DNA of 54,495 bases from a virus. Lineage: Duplodnaviria > Caudoviricetes. A model generated the notes under the pieces. The model was not told where the DNA came from. It saw only the letters and a list, made by a program, of their open reading frames with translations, and made no database searches. Below are positions 18,101 to 27,600 of the stretch, piece by piece. Numbering within the stretch: position 1 is the first letter of the stretch; each line of letters begins with the position of its first letter. The stretch covers positions 1 to 54,495 of the IMG/VR virus record IMGVR_UViG_3300021375_000035; one strand, written 5' to 3'. Position numbers and translations under genes: made by a program.

Positions 18101-20290
18101 TCCTCTTCCCACTTCATTAGCTCTCATTTTTCCAACTATTGAAGGAGGTAACACATATTCAGTGTTAATTGGCATATTACCCATACCACCACTCATATTT
18201 GCTGCACGCTCAGTTGCTACTCCTTTAGATACATTAAATGCTTTAGCATCTGCTGGATCAAGATATACAGAAAATAATCTTTTAGGATCTTTAGGATTTA
18301 GCAAGCCTGGCTTTAAACTATTTTTTGCTGCATTTAAATAAAATGGAGTAATCTCATCACTAAACCAATTACCATCCTCATAATTTACAAACGTTTGATT
18401 ATTTACATTAGCATCTTCAATTCTATTTAATCTTATTGCATCTGCTTTTTTCATTAATTTCTTAGAACCATCTGTAGTAAATACTTCTACCATATCATCA
18501 GCTGGTTTTATTACGTCTTTTACTTTTTTAACTGCTTGTTTAATTGGCCCTTTAAAATTTTTACCTTTAGCTAACCATGCAGGTATAACAGGTATAGCAC
18601 CTAATGCATCAAAAGTTCCATCTATATATTCTCCTTCTTCAAAATTTCTATCAGCATTTTCTGCATATTGATACCAAGCAAAAGGATTAACTATGTCTAT
18701 TATAGAATCATAAATATTTCTGTTAGGATTAGCTACATTTACATTATCAGGAATATCTTGATTACGTACACTATAACCAAATGATGTCAAAGGATTAGCT
18801 AATACATCAGCAGCTTTTTCAAAGAATCCTGGTGGATTATATTGCCTTATCTCACCAGCCTTTTGTTTAATAGGAATAGCTTTTATAAGTTTACCCATTA
18901 CATCTCCTTCTTCACCAATAAATTGTGGAAAGTTTCCATCAAATACATTTACACCTTCTGTTCTTATTGGAAGATCAGGCCCAAATGCTCTTGCATTTCC
19001 TGCGTCATAAAAAGTTTTATAACTAAAATCTTTAGATCCAGTATTGTTCCAAACTTCTTTATATAACTTTTTATTCTGTTCAGCAGATATAGTACGCAAT
19101 CCAGGATTAGGTTTTACTTTTAAAACATACTTTTGACCATTAATAAAATCATCTGTATTACCCAATGTATAAATTGAATTTGGGTTAGTAAATTTTCTAA
19201 CATGATCTGCTGCCATATCAAAATCTCTACCAAAATTCATAGTTTGATTCCATTGTCTTTTTCTAATAGTACCTGTAGAGCCGGGTATTTGTGTACCCAT
19301 AATCTCTAAAATCTCATCATCTGTTTTACCTAAAAACTTTTCTAAGTTTCTTATTTCATCATTTAAATATACACCTCTATATATTGCATCAGCATCCGTA
19401 GTTTGAAAAAGATCTTGTAAATACTTAACTCCTTTCTTTGCATATGGTCTTAACCAACCCAAGCCCTTTTGTGCTTTTGGTAAACTACCACCTAATTCTT
19501 TATATCTTTTTAATTCACTTATAATACTTTTATCTAGAGGGATTATTTGATATGCATCTCTTATATCTGACTTACCATAATTATTAGTTATAATAGCATC
19601 ATGCCCATCATCTATCATTTTTTGTACATCTTCTATTGAATATGTTCTTGCTTTATTTTCTATAAAAGGATTATTAGGTCTAATTTTTGCTCCCCATTTT
19701 TGAGCACCATAATCTCTAAATGCTGAATTACTTGGTGTAAAAAAACTTAAATTTTGAGGAGCTTTCCAACTTGAATACACTCTAGGATTTGCAAAATCAA
19801 GAGGTTTCATTATACTTTCTGGATTACTTGTGTTTCTGTAAAAAATATAATCTTCAGCTGGTGGTCTATTTAATCTTTTAGGAGTATCAGAAAAAAATGA
19901 CATTGCATTTGGAGTTTCTTCAACTACGTCATCAGTAACACGTACACCATCATCAAAATAATTTTTTATAAGTTGTATTCCTTTCTTTACATAAGGTTTA
20001 GCTAATTTACCAAGTTTTCCTAATTGAGCTTGTGGTATTTCTACAACCATATCACCTGGAAATTGGTATTCATTCTCAGGCAACATCATTTGTTCATTGC
20101 CAAGATTATCTACACCATAAACAGGAAAATCTACATCTTTCATTGTTATACTTCCTGACTCAATAATATTAACTGGATTGTTTATATCAGAGCTAGTACG
20201 TTTATAACCTTCTACAGATATATACTGTGTTATATCTTGTAAGAACTCATTTGGTCCTCCAGGTAATCCTATGCTTTTTTTCTTTCCCAT
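15137..20290 (-). CDS. Polyvalent virion protein (1717 aa): 3 ART-like modules, 2 lysozyme/SLT-like domains, 2 peptidoglycan-binding repeats, CHAP/NlpC-P60-like amidase
   Basis: SLT-like motifs AQAESLGG...STASGLYG and GITGVESG...ILAYNQG. PG-binding repeats LQNILVAKGYDIGRTGADGIYGNRT and IQERLIKEGY...VDGKFGDQTRAAI. Cys-His amidase RCAAGM...DAW...GDIV...HSGFV...THN. ART-like patterns FYRNTS..FFTP..YG..NP..GHDAII, IYRG, and LNR..GNWFSD..EYVLP. Confidence 0.75.
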   Translation of the reverse strand: MGKKKSIGLPGGPNEFLQDITQYISVEGYKRTSSDINNPVNIIESGSITMKDVDFPVYGVDNLGNEQMMLPENEYQFPGDMVVEIPQAQLGKLGKLAKPYVKKGIQLIKNYFDDGVRVTDDVVEETPNAMSFFSDTPKRLNRPPAEDYIFYRNTSNPESIMKPLDFANPRVYSSWKAPQNLSFFTPSNSAFRDYGAQKWGAKIRPNNPFIENKARTYSIEDVQKMIDDGHDAIITNNYGKSDIRDAYQIIPLDKSIISELKRYKELGGSLPKAQKGLGWLRPYAKKGVKYLQDLFQTTDADAIYRGVYLNDEIRNLEKFLGKTDDEILEIMGTQIPGSTGTIRKRQWNQTMNFGRDFDMAADHVRKFTNPNSIYTLGNTDDFINGQKYVLKVKPNPGLRTISAEQNKKLYKEVWNNTGSKDFSYKTFYDAGNARAFGPDLPIRTEGVNVFDGNFPQFIGEEGDVMGKLIKAIPIKQKAGEIRQYNPPGFFEKAADVLANPLTSFGYSVRNQDIPDNVNVANPNRNIYDSIIDIVNPFAWYQYAENADRNFEEGEYIDGTFDALGAIPVIPAWLAKGKNFKGPIKQAVKKVKDVIKPADDMVEVFTTDGSKKLMKKADAIRLNRIEDANVNNQTFVNYEDGNWFSDEITPFYLNAAKNSLKPGLLNPKDPKRLFSVYLDPADAKAFNVSKGVATERAANMSGGMGNMPINTEYVLPPSIVGKMRANEVGRGYNTMIGNSESIMQNLTDFYKRLGGSFQDGGSWRDIEINLDGVKKSVAQAESLGGKLMKNKQSTASGLYGQRFSELDKLGLYDGTRDEFIKDLKAQDDIFTKRLYEGFVDENGQTIVTPLVKDAYDLTIEYKDQLGDNWDYSYEDIINLSNFLGRQGARKYFGEVIRDGKGLEEVYPHLFGDQRTKGKDGKPLENKTPVQYLETSRKFYKAGGSLPKGQNGNREVNVVQQDNTRVALPRAPRLPLQTLPILEDDPRDATAIFQNPFGNYEDYDPTNFIVQQDNTYVDSTKRGIPKYVLDAISENPNLTEEQIENILLASQQDQDIMQELSVEYQDPVLIADFIKKSNYYAEGWKDMAEADEYQIQDLQNILVAKGYDIGRTGADGIYGNRTYAAHRAMVDDSNLDPTAISRYYKKYSKDTYDEVKSIQERLIKEGYMSPTLLNGRGSSVDGKFGDQTRAAIDAYNTDNFDEDINTTVFNNIPNRLDEPRCAAGMCTILERNDILTEAIGVKYKDAWDLYESMEGAENSERIFNIYDDVAFKNIDENTPIEELKLITNKVKKNKKNQTKASDYQVGDIVGIYWQGSSHHAETLGSKTFNTHSGFVSDINEDGIPIITHNVNGKVIQQPYNELTTAWIRRPNEDVEIKSTYEVSDEDVSIDPMAIPNLERKWGTQLSPERKEIVNNILKRATYNSTKIPEILNSSVDPEWLKTATFGITGVESGVGAQAPRTVDEARGENFGLQGIAYDLKGREDSSISLGIGKTKYDALDNFAREYFNITGPEDLSDDNKSVDAISYILTKNYELFKDYAQQYPSLGLTEQDIRNMSILAYNQGSNRLINTGRVDDDRTPEEEVAALRDLYEGSMADISSTKYKYLGPVGDVAYSLALNTGLEQPGEKYISKVNNYIEDVFPVSYAYLNESDPFQVTTMARGGEYGVFKNYIMGDYDGTNREVFAKNLHDRLNRKHYKQAKSAGMSPANYIMTKIIDNS

Positions 20291-20291
20291 T

Positions 20292-23200
20292 TTATCTCAT
20301 TGATAATTGTAACTTAGTATTATATAATCTTAATAACATCTTTCTATTACCTGATACATTTCTTCTAAGAATAACTTGATTAGAATAATGTCTAAACTTC
20401 TTACGTTGTGTTTGAGGTTTGTTGTAATTAAGGTTAGTTGCATTTAATGTTCTTACATACCCGTTACAAGATGTATTAAATATTGGTTGTTCTGCATTTG
20501 TAAATTCTCCTCTATCATTAGTAATATCCCAGAATTGATTAAATCTAAATTTATGTTCTTCTTTAGATACAAGAATCTCCATGTTGTTTGGTGTTATTAT
20601 TGGGTAATCTAAATTTGCCCAAGGCCTATTGAATGGTTGAGGAGTTAGAACTAATAATCCTGAAACTTGATCATTGTTATACACAATAGATGCATCAAAA
20701 TTATAATCTAAATCTTCCCATTTGTCTCCACCACACATGTTGTATTGTGGATCTCCTTTATATACATATGTTTCTAATTGGTATTGGAAACTTCTGACAG
20801 TATTAACAGCTTGACCAGTATTGGAAATTAAATCTATCTCCCAAGGATAATCTACATTATAAAAATTAACAAATGAATCACATCTTACATTGTGTCTCCA
20901 AAACCCTCCTACATTATAATTTGCAGGTGTGCTATCATAATAAAAATAATTACACAATCTTGGGTCAGGATTAATATATCCTGGATCACCTATATCAAAT
21001 ATACCAGGTGCACTATCAGGACATGTTCCACTTATTGTTGTTGTAGCACCTGTTACTGTAGAAGGTGGACAAGAACAAGTTACTTTTCTACATATAGGAG
21101 GTGTTATGTCATCACATGTTCCACTAGCATCTGTATATGTTGATGATGTAGCATTCAAATATACTGGTGTATATCCCGCTGGACATTCACATACATAAGG
21201 TATTTGACACACAGCTCCTGCAATAGCTGCAGCAGATGCATCTAAAGATGCTTGATTTTGTGAATCCATAACAAATTGATTTTGCCCAGGACCACCGGAA
21301 TATACAGTGTTAGAAAGACTATTAAGTATTCCTGCATTTGGAGGAGCACCTGGACCAATATTACAAAATACCCCATAAAGTTCTTGTGCAGTATTACTGC
21401 CTAAATTAGCAAGAGCCCAAGCTCCTGTATTTGTTGCTTGACCTCCTCCTGATATAACATTTGGTGATTGAAGAACTGCCATTTGTCCACTGTTTGCTGG
21501 GGTACCATTTGTACCATCTGTAACAGTAATCATTATTTGTCTAAAAAATGGGTTTCCTGATCTATCTCCTAAATCAGAATCAGCCTTATTATTTAGTAAA
21601 GTAAAAGCTCCACCTGTTGTACTAGTTGTAGGGTTATTAGGTTGTAAAGCTTGTTGTGCATTTGTTCCACCACCATTAGTAAGGTTAAAGCCTTCAGTAG
21701 ACATCCACCCACATGCAAAAGCACCAGTCAAATCACTTGCCATACTTGGGTTAGTATATCCACCAGCTGGATCTGTCCACCATGCTGCGTCTGCTGCCCA
21801 AGCTTGTAAACCTATCTGCATATTTCCTGCTGCTAATTCATCAGCTATTGCTGGATTATTTAGAAATACATCTAACCAACGCATTTGTGCTGTAGCTCTA
21901 TCTGTATTGTTCATTACACCTGTACCTGGAATTACATTTCCTGCAGAATCAAATTGCATAGGTGTATAATTAGGAGTACCTGTACTACCTGAACAATCCA
22001 TTGCAATAACTATATCTAGTAAACAATCTTGTGGTCCCCCTGATACAGATGCATTAACTTCTTCTACATCTATAATTGCATTTACTGTTTCATTTACACC
22101 TATTTCACATAAGCCATTAGCAGGATTAAAATTATATCCTGGTGGACATTGTGGTATAGTACCAGTTATTGTCTTTGTAGTAAAGAAATGATTAATGCTT
22201 GGTAATGCTAATTCAGGATGCCAATCATGGAAAGAGATCCATGCTTTTACTTTTGGATCATATGATACAGTCCATGAACAATCATCAAAATATATTGGAT
22301 CACCAATATCAACATTAATTGATCCCCAAACTCCAGATGTTATAGTCACAGGTTTTGAAGCTGTATCACTAAAAGTTGCATCAGCAACATAAGCAGGTTT
22401 TAATTGATAATCTTTTTTCATGAAATAAACCAAATCATCTACTGAGTCATACATTACTTGACATCCTACACCAGCTACTGGATTATCTGTCCATGCTGTG
22501 TTTTCTGATTCAGGAAACTGCTTTATAAATCTTGATGGTAAATATTTAGCAAACCACCATTTCATACCATTGTTAGATATAGGATCTAATCCTTTACCAG
22601 CATACTGAAATATTTTTCCTTGTTGTTGTGATATAAAAAATAAACCTGCTGAGGTATTTATTACACCTCTTAAACTTTCACATGATCCATATTCATTAGA
22701 TATGTCTGCATTAGCAACGTTTTGGAATGGTTGACTAAATAGTTTACCATCTCCAATAGTTACATTATTATTTGAACCTAATTTTAATGTATCTACTCCA
22801 TTAAATAATTGAGGAGATAAATATGGGAAAAACACCAATGCTCCATTCTTACTAATAGGTTTAATAACACTTACTTCATTTTTAAAGTCTTTATAATTAA
22901 AGTTTAAGAATACTCTCCAATAATCTCTTTTTGATTCTTCTTGTGCTTGTAAAGAATATATTAATCTTTTAGGATAATTTACATAACAATTTGCTGCAAC
23001 GTAAGGATCATAATCACGGGGTTGTATTTGACCAAAAGAAGATATTTGAGTAACAAATTTAGATGCAGATAAAGAATCATCATATTTATAAAAATTATCT
23101 TTCTTTTCTATACTTGCATTAAACAGTGCATCTATATCATTATACTCATATATATCATAAAATCTTTTAGCAGGCATATCTTCCCAATCTCTATATGCAA

Positions 23201-26200
23201 GATTAATTTCTGACTCAACAAAAAATTCATTTATCCCATTAACATGAGTATACATATATGCGTATCTCATATTATATGCTGGGTTTGGATCACCACCTGT
23301 ATCAAAAGACCCAAATATAGAACCAAATAAACTAGTTGATTGACAATTATCATTACCTCTATCTAAATAATATCTGTCTGTTGGTACTTTATCTTGCCAA
23401 GGTCCACTAGCAAAACCTATTGATGCAACTTCACCGGCTAAACCACTTATATCAAACTTAGAAGAATCTAACCAAAATCTAGGGTATGGAATATTTACAT
23501 ATAATGAATAGTCAAATGAATACTCATTAGGTTGGCCTACTAAATAATCTGTAAAAATAGGCATAATACATTTCTCAGTATATCTATTAATATATACATC
23601 TCCATTAAACATTGGCTTTGAAGTATATAATCCAGCATATTCAGGATCTAATAATTCAACACACCCTCTCATTTGTACTTGTTTTATTCCATCTAACTGA
23701 CCATATTGATTATCAAAATTAAATTTAAGAGCTCCATATAATGAAGAAATAGTTTTTCTAAAAGGTCTTTGGAAATTAATTAAATTACTATCTCCATAAT
23801 CTTGTGTAGCACTACCACCTAAAGTAAATCTTGAATCATCTCTTGTAAAAGGATCAGCTAAAGGTAGTTCAGTTGAAACAGCAACTGTGCTAGGTCTAAA
23901 TAAATTATTTATTTTATACTTAGTTCCGTCAAAACTTTGAAAAGATGAACCTATATAATTGGAATCACTGTTTTTTACACGGAAGGTATTATTAATATTT
24001 GCTGGTATAAAATTATTATAAAATCCATTAGAGTTATATTTTAAAACATAATCTGCTGGATCAATTAAGTTATACATTAAGTCAATTACTTCTTGACCTC
24101 CTATTGCAATATTTTTTTGTGCTAATGATATACCTGCCATAAATCTAAGTACTGATGGCATAGCACTTTCTGGAGTATCATATGTAGCTCCAAGTTCTGA
24201 ACCACCACCATACATTCCAGGAATTGCAGCTTTTAAAGCTCTTGATTCTGCTATAGCATTTAATTCTGTTGAGGATGTTGCACCTCCTGTATATAAATCT
24301 GCTGCATCTATAGCAGTATCAATAAGTGCATCTACTACTAAATTCCATAATGCACTTATCCCTGCTTGGACACCAATAGAAGTACCATAGATAAGTTGAG
24401 TTCCTGATGATACTAAAGGTGGAACTACACCCACAAAAGGAGCATTACCATCAGCATTACTTCCTGATAATGGTACAGCTGTTTTATGAGTTGTACCTTG
24501 TACTGCATGTAATGCATATCCAATTCCTATTAAACATGCTAATGAAGATGCTACCGGTCTAAGTAATTTAAATTGTGGATGATCTTCTGATGCTTTAAAA
24601 TAACCAGTGCTATGACCATGTTGTTCACCGTATATTTTAGTTTCATACGCATTTAAAAATGGTTTAGTAAACATTAAATCTGGAGAAGAAAATGTAAATA
24701 CATCATCCGTGTATCCTGATAAAGGTGGATAACAGTCTAAACTATCGGTAAAACTAGTAGAACACTGTGGTGAAGGACCAGCTGGGTTACCACAATATGA
24801 AGCATCTGTTGACCCTGACCTTTGATCTCTTGAAGATCCTGCTTTTCCTTTATGAAAATACACATCATCCTGTAAACAATTGTAAGGATAGTTAGGATAC
24901 AAACCTTGTGTGGCAGTTCCTAATAAATTAGCTTGACCAGGTATATCATACTTACGCATATTTTTAAACATACCTTTTGCTAAAATTGATTTAGCTCCTT
25001 GTCTAGATCCTCTTAGTATTTCATATCCAACTATATTTTCTATAGGTGTACCATCATTGTACAATGGTATAGCAATATCAGAAAACTCTACCCCTAAAAG
25101 ATTTATTAGATCCCCTTCTGTTGTACTTATTCTTAAATCTGAACCTAATGATTCATCAGGCATTTTATGATGCCTAATTTTTTTACCACATAAATCCCCC
25201 CATATATCTGGTCTATTAGTTGGGTATCTTTCTGTGGATTCCCAAAATGCCATTTCCCCTCTTCCTATAATTACAGAACCGTCTGGTTGTACTTCATTCA
25301 CAGGTGATGGTGCACCTGCTGTATTATATACTTTAAAAACCGGTTCACCATCTATTTGATTTAATACATTTTGTCCACCAATTATAGCATTTTCCATTTC
25401 TGGTCCGGATGGTGTATTATACATCACTGGAGCTCTACCAGGTATATGATATGATGAAGATCTTTCTCCAGTATTATATATCCACCTAATAAAAAATGCA
25501 TATTGCTCATCACGCATAAAACCTACTTTAGGTCCGGCTAAATGATAATAAGTAGAAGGTTGTTGATTTATTACATAGTTAACTTTAATGTTATTTGCTA
25601 AAGGTTGATAATTAAAATCAAATTGCTCTGTAGGCCCTTGTCTTAACAACCAATCATTTACAACAAACATAGACTCAGACTTTTCATATGCAGGACTACG
25701 CAATGGAATTGTAACTAAATCTACAGCTGGTAAACTTTCATCAACATTATCTATATTAATAAAATCTTGTTCAGTACTATATATACCTATTTTTTTTGCT
25801 GATGTTTGACCTTGATTTCTTCTTAATAATACTACTTCATAATAAAAAAAATCTTGATCTAAATTAGATAATGAAATATCTAAAGAACTACTTGTACCTT
25901 CATGACTCCACAATCCTATTACATTTGAAATACCAATATAATCTGTTACCTTTTGTTCATTTTCTACATAAGCTATAAAAACTTGATAGGATCCATTTTG
26001 TAACATTCCTCCATCAGTTGCTTTAGTTATTTCAACACAAGGAGTATCTACCAATGGAGCTAATCTTATTTTTTCACAATTTAATTTTTTTGGTTCTAAG
26101 TCTACAAACTCTGAACATGGTTCACCATTAACATCTATACCGGCTACCTGAACTTGTTTATATGGTATATTATCTATATTTAAAGATCTAGATGGATTAT

Positions 26201-26648
26201 TACCATCATCCCAATATACTTGCCATGAACAATCAAAATTTTCTTTTGCTGCTCCTGTAATTAAATGTTTAGTTGAAAAATTTAAACATGTGTCGTTAAC
26301 TAGTGTTGTATATTTACATTCACTATCATCAAATGTACCTATTTCAGAATTTATATCATCTGTAGAATATACTATCCATTCATCACCATATCTATGTATA
26401 GCACCAATAACTGTATAAGGTATAACACCACAAGATAAGTTTGATGGTTCATTACCTATTATTCCTAAATCTCCATCCTCTGAATTATTTACTACATTAC
26501 GTGCATGCCACCAAGCTTGGTTGTTTTCCAAAGATGGAGTAATGTCTTTGTTCATCCCCTTAATAAAGGAATTTGTTTGTACTGATGAACTCCCCTTTGA
26601 TGGAACCTTACTTCTACTACCAGAATTAGTTGTACGTTTTTTTGCCAT
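20292..26648 (-). CDS. Tail muzzle/stabilisation protein (crAss-like) with inserted VWA domain, 2118 aa
   Basis: N-terminal NSFIKGMNKD, VYWDDGNNPSRSLNID, GFMRDEQYAFFIRW...SSSYHIPGR and C-terminal WTVSYDP..WISFHDW..FWRHN..FY fit crAss-like muzzle proteins. Follows two ring genes. MIDAS-like DIVIAMDCSGS. Confidence 0.8.
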   Translation of the reverse strand: MAKKRTTNSGSRSKVPSKGSSSVQTNSFIKGMNKDITPSLENNQAWWHARNVVNNSEDGDLGIIGNEPSNLSCGVIPYTVIGAIHRYGDEWIVYSTDDINSEIGTFDDSECKYTTLVNDTCLNFSTKHLITGAAKENFDCSWQVYWDDGNNPSRSLNIDNIPYKQVQVAGIDVNGEPCSEFVDLEPKKLNCEKIRLAPLVDTPCVEITKATDGGMLQNGSYQVFIAYVENEQKVTDYIGISNVIGLWSHEGTSSSLDISLSNLDQDFFYYEVVLLRRNQGQTSAKKIGIYSTEQDFINIDNVDESLPAVDLVTIPLRSPAYEKSESMFVVNDWLLRQGPTEQFDFNYQPLANNIKVNYVINQQPSTYYHLAGPKVGFMRDEQYAFFIRWIYNTGERSSSYHIPGRAPVMYNTPSGPEMENAIIGGQNVLNQIDGEPVFKVYNTAGAPSPVNEVQPDGSVIIGRGEMAFWESTERYPTNRPDIWGDLCGKKIRHHKMPDESLGSDLRISTTEGDLINLLGVEFSDIAIPLYNDGTPIENIVGYEILRGSRQGAKSILAKGMFKNMRKYDIPGQANLLGTATQGLYPNYPYNCLQDDVYFHKGKAGSSRDQRSGSTDASYCGNPAGPSPQCSTSFTDSLDCYPPLSGYTDDVFTFSSPDLMFTKPFLNAYETKIYGEQHGHSTGYFKASEDHPQFKLLRPVASSLACLIGIGYALHAVQGTTHKTAVPLSGSNADGNAPFVGVVPPLVSSGTQLIYGTSIGVQAGISALWNLVVDALIDTAIDAADLYTGGATSSTELNAIAESRALKAAIPGMYGGGSELGATYDTPESAMPSVLRFMAGISLAQKNIAIGGQEVIDLMYNLIDPADYVLKYNSNGFYNNFIPANINNTFRVKNSDSNYIGSSFQSFDGTKYKINNLFRPSTVAVSTELPLADPFTRDDSRFTLGGSATQDYGDSNLINFQRPFRKTISSLYGALKFNFDNQYGQLDGIKQVQMRGCVELLDPEYAGLYTSKPMFNGDVYINRYTEKCIMPIFTDYLVGQPNEYSFDYSLYVNIPYPRFWLDSSKFDISGLAGEVASIGFASGPWQDKVPTDRYYLDRGNDNCQSTSLFGSIFGSFDTGGDPNPAYNMRYAYMYTHVNGINEFFVESEINLAYRDWEDMPAKRFYDIYEYNDIDALFNASIEKKDNFYKYDDSLSASKFVTQISSFGQIQPRDYDPYVAANCYVNYPKRLIYSLQAQEESKRDYWRVFLNFNYKDFKNEVSVIKPISKNGALVFFPYLSPQLFNGVDTLKLGSNNNVTIGDGKLFSQPFQNVANADISNEYGSCESLRGVINTSAGLFFISQQQGKIFQYAGKGLDPISNNGMKWWFAKYLPSRFIKQFPESENTAWTDNPVAGVGCQVMYDSVDDLVYFMKKDYQLKPAYVADATFSDTASKPVTITSGVWGSINVDIGDPIYFDDCSWTVSYDPKVKAWISFHDWHPELALPSINHFFTTKTITGTIPQCPPGYNFNPANGLCEIGVNETVNAIIDVEEVNASVSGGPQDCLLDIVIAMDCSGSTGTPNYTPMQFDSAGNVIPGTGVMNNTDRATAQMRWLDVFLNNPAIADELAAGNMQIGLQAWAADAAWWTDPAGGYTNPSMASDLTGAFACGWMSTEGFNLTNGGGTNAQQALQPNNPTTSTTGGAFTLLNNKADSDLGDRSGNPFFRQIMITVTDGTNGTPANSGQMAVLQSPNVISGGGQATNTGAWALANLGSNTAQELYGVFCNIGPGAPPNAGILNSLSNTVYSGGPGQNQFVMDSQNQASLDASAAAIAGAVCQIPYVCECPAGYTPVYLNATSSTYTDASGTCDDITPPICRKVTCSCPPSTVTGATTTISGTCPDSAPGIFDIGDPGYINPDPRLCNYFYYDSTPANYNVGGFWRHNVRCDSFVNFYNVDYPWEIDLISNTGQAVNTVRSFQYQLETYVYKGDPQYNMCGGDKWEDLDYNFDASIVYNNDQVSGLLVLTPQPFNRPWANLDYPIITPNNMEILVSKEEHKFRFNQFWDITNDRGEFTNAEQPIFNTSCNGYVRTLNATNLNYNKPQTQRKKFRHYSNQVILRRNVSGNRKMLLRLYNTKLQLSMR

Positions 26649-26662
26649 AATTTCTTAACTCT

Positions 26663-27589
26663 TTATTTAACTGTACTAGTAGTTCTAGGTCCTGATACTA
26701 TTCTAGGATTAATTGGTGCATAACTTAAAAACATATTATAATAATTATGATACTGTGCTCTTCTGTTTACTTCCCACATCTTTTTCATCTCAGCAAAGTT
26801 TGGAGTATTAACAAAACTTAATGCATTATTTCTAGATGCACGCAATCTTGTTTCTACAAGCTGTAATTGATTAGAAACATTTTCTCCATTAAATACCATA
26901 TTTTCAAGTATTCTTTGCTTTATAGCATATTCATAGTATTCATTGCAATATGGTTGATCTAATACTAGTAATTCACCAGCAGCATTTTCCATAGCTCCTT
27001 GATAACTTATATATACTTTTCCTGTTTTAAATGTTGTTAATAAAAATCCATCTTTTAATTCTGCTATATCTGGTGCTTGAGCTCCCAGTTCAGGACAATA
27101 ACAAACTTTATCATTTACCCCTTGTATTCTTAATTCAGTCCAATCTGTAAATGTTCTAAAATTACTTGGTCCAACTCTTTGAATTAATTGATAACTATTC
27201 TTATCATCACATGTTTTAATTACACATACATCTCTACATTCAGGGTCCTCACATGGTCCTGATTCTCCTGGAGCTGGTACATAAGGAACATCATTAAATG
27301 TTTCTATATGTGTTCCAGAAGGCATTGTATTATTTATTGAATAAGAGCCACATCTAAATGCATAATTTAAATATTGAAAGTCCATTGGCATTTGAGCTTT
27401 ACCATGCTCTATATCTAAAATAACTTCTTTTGTTCTATGTATTTTTAAACCTAGATCATAGTTAACTCTAGTAGCTACTTTAATAAGTTGAGCTGGTTCT
27501 ATCATTCCTTCTAATGCATAATTAGAAAAGTCAATAGAAACATCTTCCATTAATTGACTGAACGTTCTATATTTTTGTGATACTCCCAT
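26663..27589 (-). CDS. Tail ring/tubular protein (308 aa)
   Basis: LLTTFKTGKVYISYQG..NAAGELLV..YYEYAIK pattern and position immediately before the muzzle, as in crAss-like phages. Confidence 0.7.
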   Translation of the reverse strand: MGVSQKYRTFSQLMEDVSIDFSNYALEGMIEPAQLIKVATRVNYDLGLKIHRTKEVILDIEHGKAQMPMDFQYLNYAFRCGSYSINNTMPSGTHIETFNDVPYVPAPGESGPCEDPECRDVCVIKTCDDKNSYQLIQRVGPSNFRTFTDWTELRIQGVNDKVCYCPELGAQAPDIAELKDGFLLTTFKTGKVYISYQGAMENAAGELLVLDQPYCNEYYEYAIKQRILENMVFNGENVSNQLQLVETRLRASRNNALSFVNTPNFAEMKKMWEVNRRAQYHNYYNMFLSYAPINPRIVSGPRTTSTVK

Positions 27590-27600
27590 GATTTTTTATT

